From an uncultured Gemmatimonadales bacterium (lineage in GTDB: Bacteria; Gemmatimonadota; Gemmatimonadetes; Gemmatimonadales; GWC2-71-9), in the NCBI GenBank assembly GCA_963730185.1, contig CAVSQW010000006.1, positions 514,050-578,049 on the forward strand: DNA of 64,000 nt, in the 5' to 3' direction. The notes beneath the pieces are model-generated. The model was not told the origin of the DNA and made no database searches. It saw only the letters and a program-made list of their open reading frames with translations. The position numbers and the translations under genes are program-made. Every line of letters starts with the position of its first letter. Position 1 is the stretch's first letter. Positions 53,313-61,926 of this stretch are shown here, piece after piece.

Positions 53313-53863
53313 CCGAGACCCCCTCGGGCGACGACGGCAGCATCGATTTCGCTGCTCTTTGGCCCGCGGCGATCCCATTCGCCCGGTACCTCGACCCCGG
53401 GATGAAGCACTTCGACCTCTGGGAGGGGGTCTATCGGCGGGCGCGGATCCCCGATTGGGCGCTCGAGCGCGGCCGGGCGCTCGCTCCCCTCCATCTGCTG
53501 GTGATCGCCGAGGACTGGTGCGGCGACGCGGTCAACACGGTGCCGTTCCTCGCGGCCTGGGCCGACGCCGTCGCCGGCCTGGAGCTCCGAATCCTGAAGC
53601 GCGATACCTACCCCCGGGTCATGGACGCGTACCTGACCAACGGCACCCGGTCGATCCCGATCGCCATCGGACTCGACTCGGCGTTCCGCGAGTTGGGGCA
53701 CTGGGGCCCCCGCCCGGCCGAGCTGCAGCGGTGGGTGCTCACGAATCGCGGCGTCCTGGCCAAGGACCGGCTCTACCCGGAGACCCGGCGTTGGTACGCC
53801 CGCGACCACGGGGAGACCACCCTCCGGGAGGTGATCGAGGCGATCAGCGGTCGAGCAGCCTGA
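53309..53863 (+). CDS. Thioredoxin-like protein (monothiol WCGD)
   Basis: IAEDWCGDA, YLTNGTRSIP, WGPRP; GTGA overlap. Confidence 0.85.
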   Translation: MTETPSGDDGSIDFAALWPAAIPFARYLDPGMKHFDLWEGVYRRARIPDWALERGRALAPLHLLVIAEDWCGDAVNTVPFLAAWADAVAGLELRILKRDTYPRVMDAYLTNGTRSIPIAIGLDSAFRELGHWGPRPAELQRWVLTNRGVLAKDRLYPETRRWYARDHGETTLREVIEAISGRAA

Positions 53864-53878
53864 GGAGGTTGGGCGGGC

Positions 53879-55057
53879 CTAAAACGCCCAGCCGTTGCCC
53901 ATCGAGAAGTTGAACCCGTTGGGGCCACCAGCGAAATTGAAGCTCAGGATCGCCGAGCGGAGAATGCGGAGCGCGATCCCGCCGCCGCCGCCGAGCTTGT
54001 TCACGTCGTGCGGCTGTCCGAGATTGTCGCTGATCGAAGCCCAGTCCACGAAGCCCACCAGCGTGACCGCCCCGAAGTCGCCCGCGTTCAAGAGGTCGTG
54101 ACGGAGGTCGAGGCTCGCGATCTCTACGCTGGTGCCCGCGACCGCGCCGATCGGAAAGCTCCGGTGCCCTTTCGGGCCACCCAGGTCGAAGTCGCCTTCC
54201 CACCCCGGGACCCGGAACCGCGCCGCCAGCGGAGCGGCGTCCTCCATGGTGCGGTAGAGGACCCGCCAGGCCACCACCGTTCCCTCGCGGAGCGACAGGT
54301 ACTCGCGAAGATGGACGTAGCCGAGCGCGTAGAGCGACTTGTCGTCGGTGATCCCGGGCCAGGAGGTCCGGGCCGTCCCCGCCCCGAACCCGGCCTCGAA
54401 CAGCACGCCCTTGCCCGGCGTGAATTCACGATCCCGGGTGTCGAACACCATGGCCGGCCGGACCAGGAAGTCGGTCCGATCGTTCGGCTGGCTTCCGAAC
54501 TGGGAGACGAACCGGTCGCTCGCGCCCTCCAGGGGCGTAAATCGGGTGTGCTCGAGCGACAGGGCCAGCGCCGCGCTCAACGGGCCGACCACCTGCCGGG
54601 TCACCTCCCCCCGAAGCTGATAGCGGCTCCGGTGAACCCGGTAGGCGTTGGCGTTGGGGTCGTCCAGCTGCGCGGCCGCGTCCAGGTCGCCACCGAACCC
54701 GTAGAACCCGAGCCGGCCCCGCCGCTCCGCCACCAGGGAGCCGTTGAACCGCCAGCCCTTGGCGATCCCCGGTCCCCGGAAGTCCAGGCGAGCGAACCGG
54801 GTCCCCAAGGACCCGATCCCGGCCTCGGCCGAGAGGGCGCCCCGGAAGGTGATCGGATTGATCACGTCCTCCCCGTGCTTCTCGATGAAATAGGGCGCGT
54901 TCTGGGTGTACTGGTAGCGGAACACCAGCATCGCGCCGTCGCTGGGTGAGCCGAACGGGTACGGGAAGTAGCTCGCGCGCCATGGTTCCTGGGCATGGAG
55001 CGCGGTCGAGAGGCCGGCGGCGAGCACCAGCAGCAGGGAGGCGAGGCGAGCCATCAT
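53879..55057 (-). CDS. Omp85/BamA-TamA-like beta-barrel without POTRA domains
   Basis: Signal peptide; FDTRD..PGKG, LGG.KGHRSF, FVDW, GGGIALR, C-terminal F. Confidence 0.72.
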   Translation of the reverse strand: MMARLASLLLVLAAGLSTALHAQEPWRASYFPYPFGSPSDGAMLVFRYQYTQNAPYFIEKHGEDVINPITFRGALSAEAGIGSLGTRFARLDFRGPGIAKGWRFNGSLVAERRGRLGFYGFGGDLDAAAQLDDPNANAYRVHRSRYQLRGEVTRQVVGPLSAALALSLEHTRFTPLEGASDRFVSQFGSQPNDRTDFLVRPAMVFDTRDREFTPGKGVLFEAGFGAGTARTSWPGITDDKSLYALGYVHLREYLSLREGTVVAWRVLYRTMEDAAPLAARFRVPGWEGDFDLGGPKGHRSFPIGAVAGTSVEIASLDLRHDLLNAGDFGAVTLVGFVDWASISDNLGQPHDVNKLGGGGGIALRILRSAILSFNFAGGPNGFNFSMGNGWAF

Positions 55058-56088
55058 CGGCTGAAGAGGTAGGCTCCGTCGAGCACCTTGCCCTCGTTCC
55101 CGTCGTGCGCGGCGTAGGGGGCCGGATAGAGCGACGCGGCGCCGGTCTCCCCCTTCTTGTTGAGGGCGTAGAAGGTGAGCTGGAACTTGGGCCGCCGCTG
55201 CTCGTCGAGAAGGCGGGGTTCGGTCAGCGACACCACCCGCTTGAGGGTGGCGAGGCAGGCGTCCTTCGGCGCCATCCCCTGCCGCATGAACTCGACCGTC
55301 AAGAAGCCGCCGCACACCATGATGTTCGCCTCGCCGAGACCGGTGGAGCCGGCGGCCCCCACGCTGTTGTCGGTGTACTGCCCGGCGCCCACGATCGGCG
55401 AGTCGCCCGCCCGGCCCGGGATCTTGAAGGCCAGCCCGGCGGTCGTGGTGATGGACGAGATGTCGCTCTGGTCGTTGATCACGTTCATGTTGATCGTCCC
55501 CGTGGGCCGGTGGCCAAGGGTCACGCCGCTCGGGACGTCGAGCCAGTCGTCCTGTTTGCCCCGGTTGGCGCGCCAGTGGAGCCAGACCTCCCGGGCCTGG
55601 GGCGTGAGCAGGTCCTCTTCCTGATACCCGAACGACAGCGCAAACCGCTTGGCCCCCTCACCGACCAGCAGGATGTGGTCGGTGTACTTGAGCACCAGCC
55701 GGGCGATCTCGCTGGCGGTCTTGATACCCTCCAAGGCCGCGACCGCGCCCGCCCGCCGGGTGGGTCCGTGCATGCAGCTCGCGTCGAGCTGGACCACGCC
55801 GTCCTCGTTCGGGAGGCCACCATAGCCCACCGACATGTCCGTGGGGTCGAGCTCCTGGATCTTGACCCCTTCGACCGCGGCGTCCAGCGTGTCGGTGCCC
55901 TGGGTCATCAGCTCGACGGCCCGGTTTATGCCCCGGATGCCGTTGGCCGACGAGACCGCTGCGAACCGGGCCACCCCCGAGCGCCGCAGGTACGGCGCGG
56001 GGAACCGGGTTTCGGCTTCGACGCGGGAAGCAGCCACGGCCGCGGCCGCGGCCCCCAGGAAAGACCGGCGCGACAGCTGGTCGGACAC
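55054..56088 (-). CDS. Asparaginase-2 family Ntn hydrolase (glycosylasparaginase/isoaspartyl peptidase), Tat-exported
   Basis: Tat motif SRRSFL; SVGYGGLPN, LDASCM, GTIN cleavage site, KIPGRAGDSPIVGAG, STGLGE. Confidence 0.9.
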   Translation of the reverse strand: MSDQLSRRSFLGAAAAAVAASRVEAETRFPAPYLRRSGVARFAAVSSANGIRGINRAVELMTQGTDTLDAAVEGVKIQELDPTDMSVGYGGLPNEDGVVQLDASCMHGPTRRAGAVAALEGIKTASEIARLVLKYTDHILLVGEGAKRFALSFGYQEEDLLTPQAREVWLHWRANRGKQDDWLDVPSGVTLGHRPTGTINMNVINDQSDISSITTTAGLAFKIPGRAGDSPIVGAGQYTDNSVGAAGSTGLGEANIMVCGGFLTVEFMRQGMAPKDACLATLKRVVSLTEPRLLDEQRRPKFQLTFYALNKKGETGAASLYPAPYAAHDGNEGKVLDGAYLFSR

Positions 56089-56179
56089 GGACGACTCCGC
56101 GGTTGGAGAGACCCGGAATGTGCCACCGGGCGGCCGCCTGTCAACTTGCCCGTCGTAACGGGCACCCATACCTTCGGGC

Positions 56180-56860
56180 GTGCCGCGAATCACGTCGTCC
56201 GGCGCCCGCCGGTCTCCCGGGGAGGGCCAGGAACCGCTCGACCTCGCCCGGCGTCTCGTTTCCTTCCTGATGATCGGGGCCACCGTCGTGGCCCTCGCTT
56301 TGGCGCTCACCGGCGTCGTTCCCAAGGCGTGGATCCTGGCAGGAGCCCTCTGGGCCCTCTACGGCCTGGTGTCCGGCTTTCTGGGTGGGATTCTCGACCC
56401 GGGAATCGACTTCGTGGCCCGGATGTTCACCGACGCGGGGATGGGAGGCGGGACGCGGGGCTTCTCGGAGATCGAGGCGCTCGAGGCCCGGGGCGAACAT
56501 GCCTTCGCGGCCGAGCGCTACCGGGAGCGGGCCGCGAAGGATCCCCGGGCCCGGGCCGCGGCGACGGTCCGGCGCGCCTCCCTGATGGCCGGCCCTCTCG
56601 GAGACCCCGGTGGAGCCGTGGCCGAGCTGCTGGCGCTCCGCCAGGCCAAGGGCACCAAGATCGCCCCCGCCGAGGACATCCTGATCGGTACCACCCTGGC
56701 CCACTTCTACGAGCACCGGCTCCACGCCCCGGGCAAGGCGATGCGGGAGCTCCGCCGGCTCCTCGACCGCTACCCCGGCTCGGCTCACACCCGGCACCTC
56801 CGACGGTCGCTGGCCGAGCTCCGCGACGACCGCTTCGACCGCGCCGACGACGACTCATGA
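56180..56860 (+). CDS. Hypothetical membrane protein with TPR-like C-terminus
   Basis: Two TM segments followed by helical repeats (..LLDRYPGS); ATGA overlap with the next gene. Confidence 0.65.
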   Translation: MPRITSSGARRSPGEGQEPLDLARRLVSFLMIGATVVALALALTGVVPKAWILAGALWALYGLVSGFLGGILDPGIDFVARMFTDAGMGGGTRGFSEIEALEARGEHAFAAERYRERAAKDPRARAAATVRRASLMAGPLGDPGGAVAELLALRQAKGTKIAPAEDILIGTTLAHFYEHRLHAPGKAMRELRRLLDRYPGSAHTRHLRRSLAELRDDRFDRADDDS

Positions 56861-57915
56861 CCCGACGACGACGCCTCGATCCCGACATCTTCCACCTCCC
56901 GGTCGAGAGGATGCGATCGGGCTACTACTCCGACAAGTACTTCGTCCGGACCCGGGAGATCCTCCTGGCCGACGGCCACCACCCCCGGGTTACGCTCCAG
57001 GTCTTCGGCAAGGACCACGCCTTCCTCGGCGGGATCGACGAGGCGATTGCCATCCTCCGCCTCTGCGCCCTCGAGTGGAGCGATCTCGAGGTCCGGGCGC
57101 TCTACGACGGCGACCCGATCGAGCCCTGGGAAACGGTGCTCGAGATCGAGGGCCCCTACGCCGCCTTCGCCCACCTCGAGACGATCTATCTCGGCGTTCT
57201 CTCGCGCCGGACCAAGGTCGGGACCAACACCCGGCGGGTGGTCGAGGCGGCCGCGCCCAAGGAAGTCATGTTCTTCCCGGCCCGGCACGATCACTGGCTG
57301 GTCCAGACCGGCGACGGCTATGCGGCCCACATCGCCGGCGCGATCGGCGTGTCGACCGACGCTCAGGCCTCGTGGTGGGGCAGCGAGGGGGTCGGCACCG
57401 TCCCCCACGGCCTGATCGCGGCCTATGCCGGCGACACCGTCGGAGCCAGCGTCAAGTTCGCCGAGCACATGGGCGACGACGTGAAGCTCGTGACCCTGGT
57501 GGACTTCGAGAACGACTGCGTCCGGACCTCGCTCGAGGTGGCGCGCGCGCTTGGCGACCGCCTCTACGGGGTCAGACTCGACACCAGCGAGATGCTGGTG
57601 GACACGTCGGTGGTCCCGCAAATGGGCGACTTCAAGCCCACCGGCGTGGTGCCCCGCCTGGTCTGGAACGTCCGCAACGCGCTCGACGCCAATGGGTTCG
57701 GCCCCGTGAAGATCGTGGTCTCCGGCGGCTTCACGGTCGAGAAGATCCACGACTTCGAGCGCCGCGGCGTTCCGGTCGACGCTTACGGCGTGGGTTCGTC
57801 CCTCTTCCAGGGCCGGTTCGACTTCACCGCCGACGTGGTCCGCCACGAGGGAAAGCCCTGCGCCAAGGTCGGCCGGCGCTATCGCCCCAATCCCCGCCTC
57901 GATCAGGTAGTATGA
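56857..57915 (+). CDS. pncB: Nicotinate phosphoribosyltransferase (type II PRTase)
   Basis: SDKYF, FPARHDH, GTVPH, LVDFEND, GVRLDTS, VSGG, YGVGS; adjacent to nicotinamidase. Confidence 0.82.
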   Translation: MTRRRRLDPDIFHLPVERMRSGYYSDKYFVRTREILLADGHHPRVTLQVFGKDHAFLGGIDEAIAILRLCALEWSDLEVRALYDGDPIEPWETVLEIEGPYAAFAHLETIYLGVLSRRTKVGTNTRRVVEAAAPKEVMFFPARHDHWLVQTGDGYAAHIAGAIGVSTDAQASWWGSEGVGTVPHGLIAAYAGDTVGASVKFAEHMGDDVKLVTLVDFENDCVRTSLEVARALGDRLYGVRLDTSEMLVDTSVVPQMGDFKPTGVVPRLVWNVRNALDANGFGPVKIVVSGGFTVEKIHDFERRGVPVDAYGVGSSLFQGRFDFTADVVRHEGKPCAKVGRRYRPNPRLDQVV

Positions 57916-57920
57916 TTGAG

Positions 57921-57988
57921 GGGTGGCGACCCGACTCACGACTCCCGACTCACTCCCTGGTCACCATTCACCACTCACAACTCACCAC
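57921..57988 (+). repeat. Heptamer tandem repeats with a hairpin
   Basis: CGACTC(A/C) x3 (57932-57952); TCAC(C/A)A(C/T) x4 (57961-57988); GGGTGGCGACC can pair with GGTCACCATTC. Confidence 0.8.
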
Positions 57989-58612
57989 ATGGTCTTCTGG
58001 GACGTCGATACGCAGGTCGATTTCATGTCACCCGCCGGGAAGCTCTACGTCCCCGACGCGGCGGCCATCGTGCCCGCGCTCGCCCGTCTCACCCGGCACG
58101 CCCGCGATCGGGGCCTCCGGATCGTGGCCAGCGCCGACGACCACGAGCCGGGCCACCCCGAGCTGAGCGACACGCCCGACTTCGTCAGCAGCTTCCCCGA
58201 GCACTGCATGCGGGGGACGCCCGGCCAGCGGAAGATCCCCGAAACCGCGCTCCGCGACCCCCTCGTCATCGACCCCGAGCCGGTCGACCCGGCGGAGCTG
58301 ACCCGGCAGGTCGCCGCCCACCGGGGCGACATCCTGTTCCACAAGCACTGGTTCGACGTCTTCACCAACCCGAACGTGCTACCGGTGGTCGACGCGCTCG
58401 CGCCCGATCGGATCGTGCTCTACGGGGTGGCGCTCGACGTGTGCGACAAATACGCCATCGAAGGCCTCCTGACCCATCGACCCGGCCTCGAGCTAACGCT
58501 GGTGACCGACGCGGCGCGCGCGATTCATCCCGACCGGGTGCCGGGCCTGCTCGACGAGTGGACCGCTCGGGGCGTCCGCCTCGCGACGGTCGACGAGGTG
58601 ATCGCCGGATGA
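57989..58612 (+). CDS. pncA: Nicotinamidase (isochorismatase-family cysteine hydrolase)
   Basis: DVDTQVDF, D.H, FPEHC, K..FDVF, GVALDVC triad. Confidence 0.85.
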   Translation: MVFWDVDTQVDFMSPAGKLYVPDAAAIVPALARLTRHARDRGLRIVASADDHEPGHPELSDTPDFVSSFPEHCMRGTPGQRKIPETALRDPLVIDPEPVDPAELTRQVAAHRGDILFHKHWFDVFTNPNVLPVVDALAPDRIVLYGVALDVCDKYAIEGLLTHRPGLELTLVTDAARAIHPDRVPGLLDEWTARGVRLATVDEVIAG

Positions 58613-59679
58613 CCTTCGGCCGGAATTTCCTCCCCGGGCCCACGGGGGTGCATCCCGAGGTGCTGGACGCCATGCTCCAGCCCATGTTCGCCCACTACGG
58701 CCCCGAGATGCGGCCGCTGCTGGACGAGATCCAGGGCCCTCTCCAGGCGATGTTCGGGACCGCCCGGCCGGTGTTCGTGGTCACCTCCTCCGGCACCGGG
58801 CTCATGGAGGCCGCGATCCGGAACGCCGTCCGCCACCGAGTCCTGGTCGCCGTCGGCGGGTTCTTCGGCGAATACTTCGCCCGGATCGCCGAGCGGTGCG
58901 GCAAGGAGGTGGTCCGGGTCAACGTCCCGGCCGGCCACACCCTCGAAGCCGATCAGCTGGCCGCGTTCCTCGATGGCCCGCAGGTGGACGCGGTGGCCGT
59001 GGTGCACTCCGAGTCCTCGACCGGCGCGCTCGCCCCGCTCGAAGACCTGGCTCGGGTGGTCCGGGCCCAGCCCGACCTGCTCCTCTTGGTCGACGCCGTG
59101 AGCTCGGCGGGGGGCGTCCCGTTGGAGATGGATCGGCTCGGGATCGATTTCCTCCTGACCGGCTCGCAGAAGGCGCTGGCCCTGCCGCCCGGGATCGCGA
59201 TCGGCGCGGTGAGCCAGCGACTCGAGGACCGGGCCGCCGAGGTCGAGGAGATCGGTCACTACTTCAACGCGCGTCGCTGGGTGACGATGGCGCGGGAGCG
59301 GAAGCTCTTCGAGACCCCGGCCCTCTCGCTCTACTTCGCCCTGCAACGCCAACTCCGCCGGATCATGACCACCGGCGGCTGGCCGGCGCGCCACGCCCGC
59401 CATCGCGCCCTGGCCGAGCGGATGCACGCCTGGGTGGGTGAGCGTCCCGCCGTCGAGCTCCTGGCTCCGGAAGGCCGCCGGTCGCCGACCGTATCGGCGC
59501 TCCGGCTCACGGCCGGATCGGATGCCGGGCCAGTCGTGGCGGCCCTCGGCGAACAGGGGTTCGCGGTCGGCCAGAGCCTGGTCCCCGGCCAGGAAAGCAT
59601 GCTCCGGATCGGTCACATGGGCGACGTCGAGCCGCACCACCTCGAGGCCCTGCTCACCGCCTTGGAACCCTTGCTCTGA
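58609..59679 (+). CDS. Alanine-glyoxylate / serine-pyruvate aminotransferase family (class V)
   Basis: FLPGPT, SSGTGLMEAA, HSESSTG, VDAVSS, GSQKALALPPG, RIGHMG. Confidence 0.92.
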   Translation: MTFGRNFLPGPTGVHPEVLDAMLQPMFAHYGPEMRPLLDEIQGPLQAMFGTARPVFVVTSSGTGLMEAAIRNAVRHRVLVAVGGFFGEYFARIAERCGKEVVRVNVPAGHTLEADQLAAFLDGPQVDAVAVVHSESSTGALAPLEDLARVVRAQPDLLLLVDAVSSAGGVPLEMDRLGIDFLLTGSQKALALPPGIAIGAVSQRLEDRAAEVEEIGHYFNARRWVTMARERKLFETPALSLYFALQRQLRRIMTTGGWPARHARHRALAERMHAWVGERPAVELLAPEGRRSPTVSALRLTAGSDAGPVVAALGEQGFAVGQSLVPGQESMLRIGHMGDVEPHHLEALLTALEPLL

Positions 59680-59741
59680 GCCCACCGTACGGACCATCAT
59701 TCGAGTCGGTTCGGGATCACGCCTGGCCCCGGGGGGAATCC

Positions 59742-60380
59742 ATGCGACGGAGCGGATGGGCGCGCGCGGCGGTGCTGGGATGCGGGTTACTCGGCCTCGG
59801 CGCCGCGCCCGCGATGGCCCAGCGCCGGGTCGAGATCACGCCGTTCGTCGCGGGCTACGTGCCCACCACGGCGCTGGGCCAACTCAGAGTCGCTCACATC
59901 TTCAGCACCCCGCAACTGGTCACCGGTGAGATGCAGACGACCGGCGCCTTCGGCGGCAAGCTCGACGTGTGGACCGGGTCGCGCTGGGGTCTCGAAGGCG
60001 TCTACTTCTACTCGCCCAGCACCTTCCGGATCACGAAGGGGATCTTTTCCGGCACCCTGAACGCCAAGGTGCAGGGCGGTCTTCTCAAGGCGTTCTTCCG
60101 CGCCACCGACGAGAACAGCGGAACCGACCTCTTCCTGACCGCGGGCGCCACCGCGATCGAGCACAGCGGCCAGGCGTTCGAGCTCACCGCCAACCAGCTG
60201 GATTTCGGCGGCAACGTCGGTGGCGGCCTGCATGTGATCATGTCGAGCCAGATGACGTTCCGGATCGACGCGGACTTCATGATCTATCCCTGGAGTGCCG
60301 GTGTGACTGGCCTCGATGCCTCCAAGACCCAGACCGACCTGATGGTCTCCGTCGGCCTCGCGCTCAAGCTGGCCCGGTAA
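59742..60380 (+). CDS. Small outer membrane beta-barrel protein
   Basis: Signal peptide; EITPFVAGY, GGNVGGGL, alternating beta strands. Confidence 0.7.
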   Translation: MRRSGWARAAVLGCGLLGLGAAPAMAQRRVEITPFVAGYVPTTALGQLRVAHIFSTPQLVTGEMQTTGAFGGKLDVWTGSRWGLEGVYFYSPSTFRITKGIFSGTLNAKVQGGLLKAFFRATDENSGTDLFLTAGATAIEHSGQAFELTANQLDFGGNVGGGLHVIMSSQMTFRIDADFMIYPWSAGVTGLDASKTQTDLMVSVGLALKLAR

Positions 60381-60387
60381 CGGAGGC

Positions 60388-60945
60388 ATGCGGCGGCTCG
60401 CGAACTACTTCCTTCGCGGTCTCCTGATCACCGCTCCGGCGGCCCTCACCGTCTACTGCTGCTGGGTCGCGATTCGCTTCGTCGACCAACTGGTCGGGTC
60501 GCGCGTCCCCGGACTCGGCCTCCTCGCCGCGGCCGCGATCATCACCCTGGTCGGCGCCCTCGCCTCTACCCTGCTGGCCCGGACCGTCGGCGCCACCGTC
60601 GACGGCGCCTTGGCCCGGCTGCCCTTCGTCCGGCTCCTCTACGTCAGCACCAAGGACCTGCTGAACGCCTTCGTCGGCGAGCAACGTCGCTTCAACCGGC
60701 CGGTCCGCGCCCGGTTCGGTGACGGCGATCACGCCTTCCACGTCCTCGGCTTCATGACGGCCGAGTCGCTCGGGCATCTCGGCCTCGAGGGCCAAGTGGC
60801 GGTCTACCTTCCCTTCTCCTATAGCGTGGCCGGGCACGTCATCATCGTCCCAGCCGACCGGGTCGCCCCCCTGGACGCCGACAGCGCCGACACCATGGCC
60901 TTCCTGATCTCGGGCGGCGTGGTCGGCTCGGCCACGGAACGCTGA
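60388..60945 (+). CDS. DUF502 membrane protein
   Basis: FLRGLL..AP..LT, RLPFVRLLY.STKD, LGF.T, VYLP.SY..AG, LISGG. Confidence 0.88.
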   Translation: MRRLANYFLRGLLITAPAALTVYCCWVAIRFVDQLVGSRVPGLGLLAAAAIITLVGALASTLLARTVGATVDGALARLPFVRLLYVSTKDLLNAFVGEQRRFNRPVRARFGDGDHAFHVLGFMTAESLGHLGLEGQVAVYLPFSYSVAGHVIIVPADRVAPLDADSADTMAFLISGGVVGSATER

Positions 60946-61067
60946 CGCAAGCTCTTGCACTTCGCGGGTTCGGGGGCCGGCCTTAACGGGTCGGCCGACC
61001 CGGCGTCTGTCTCGTCGGATGGCCCGATCCGGGCCGGGCATGGACTTCTCGAAGAGCGGAGCGGGCG

Positions 61068-61847
61068 ATGCGAACGACGACGAAGGTCGGCACCGTGGGG
61101 GTGATGGTGTTTCTCGCGGCGTGCCAGGGCAATCCCACCGCCACCAGTGACTCGGGGCTCTCGCCCCTCCTCGATCGCGACGTCGCCACCGTGGCGGCCG
61201 ATGCCACCGGCGAAGACGTCGAGATGATGGGCGGCCCGGGCGGGGGGCTCGGCTTCGGCCTCGGGGCCGCGCCCGGAGCCGGAGGGGCCGCCGAGGGGCA
61301 GCGCCTCTTCTGCGACACCCACGCCCGGGGTGGCCTCACCCTGACCCGGACCTGCACCTTCTACGACGCCGACGGCGCCGAGCAGAGCGCCTACGACTCG
61401 GACCTGACCGCGGCGGTCGCGCTGCACGTCACCGTCCAGGGAACCGTTGCCCACGATCGCTGGTCGGCCGAGGTCGATCGCACCCGCGATCTGACCGGCA
61501 CCGGCCTGCTCGGTCTCGAGACATCGCGAACTTGGAACGGCACCGGCCAGGGCTCCGTGCTCCGGAGTCGTCACACCGACCAGAGCGAGACCCGGAGCTA
61601 CGATCTCTCGTACCAGACCACCATCACCGACGTGGTCGTGCCGGTCCCCAAGACCGACCAGTCGTGGCCGCTCTCCGGGACCGTGAGCCGGGTGGTCGAC
61701 GTTACCATCACCGGCGGCCCCCGCGACGGCCAGACCGTCCACCGGACCGCCTCGGTCACCTTCAACGGTACCCGGTACGTGCCCATCGTGGTGAACGGCG
61801 AGACCTTCACCCTCGACCTCCTCACCCGGACGATCGTCGACGGCTGA
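61068..61847 (+). CDS. Hypothetical lipoprotein (beta-rich)
   Basis: Lipobox LAAC; Thr-rich beta strands; WPLSGT. Confidence 0.75.
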   Translation: MRTTTKVGTVGVMVFLAACQGNPTATSDSGLSPLLDRDVATVAADATGEDVEMMGGPGGGLGFGLGAAPGAGGAAEGQRLFCDTHARGGLTLTRTCTFYDADGAEQSAYDSDLTAAVALHVTVQGTVAHDRWSAEVDRTRDLTGTGLLGLETSRTWNGTGQGSVLRSRHTDQSETRSYDLSYQTTITDVVVPVPKTDQSWPLSGTVSRVVDVTITGGPRDGQTVHRTASVTFNGTRYVPIVVNGETFTLDLLTRTIVDG

Positions 61848-61926
61848 TCGGCCCGGCCTCCCGCCCGCGCGCGAGTGCCTCACGGTGCTCGCGCGCGCGG
61901 CATTTCCGGCGGGCTATCTTACCGAG

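Noticed and set aside
56857..58612. Phage-type NAD reconstitution or anti-defence module
   Set aside because: Ordinary PncB/PncA pair among housekeeping genes; no phage, defence or mobility genes nearby.
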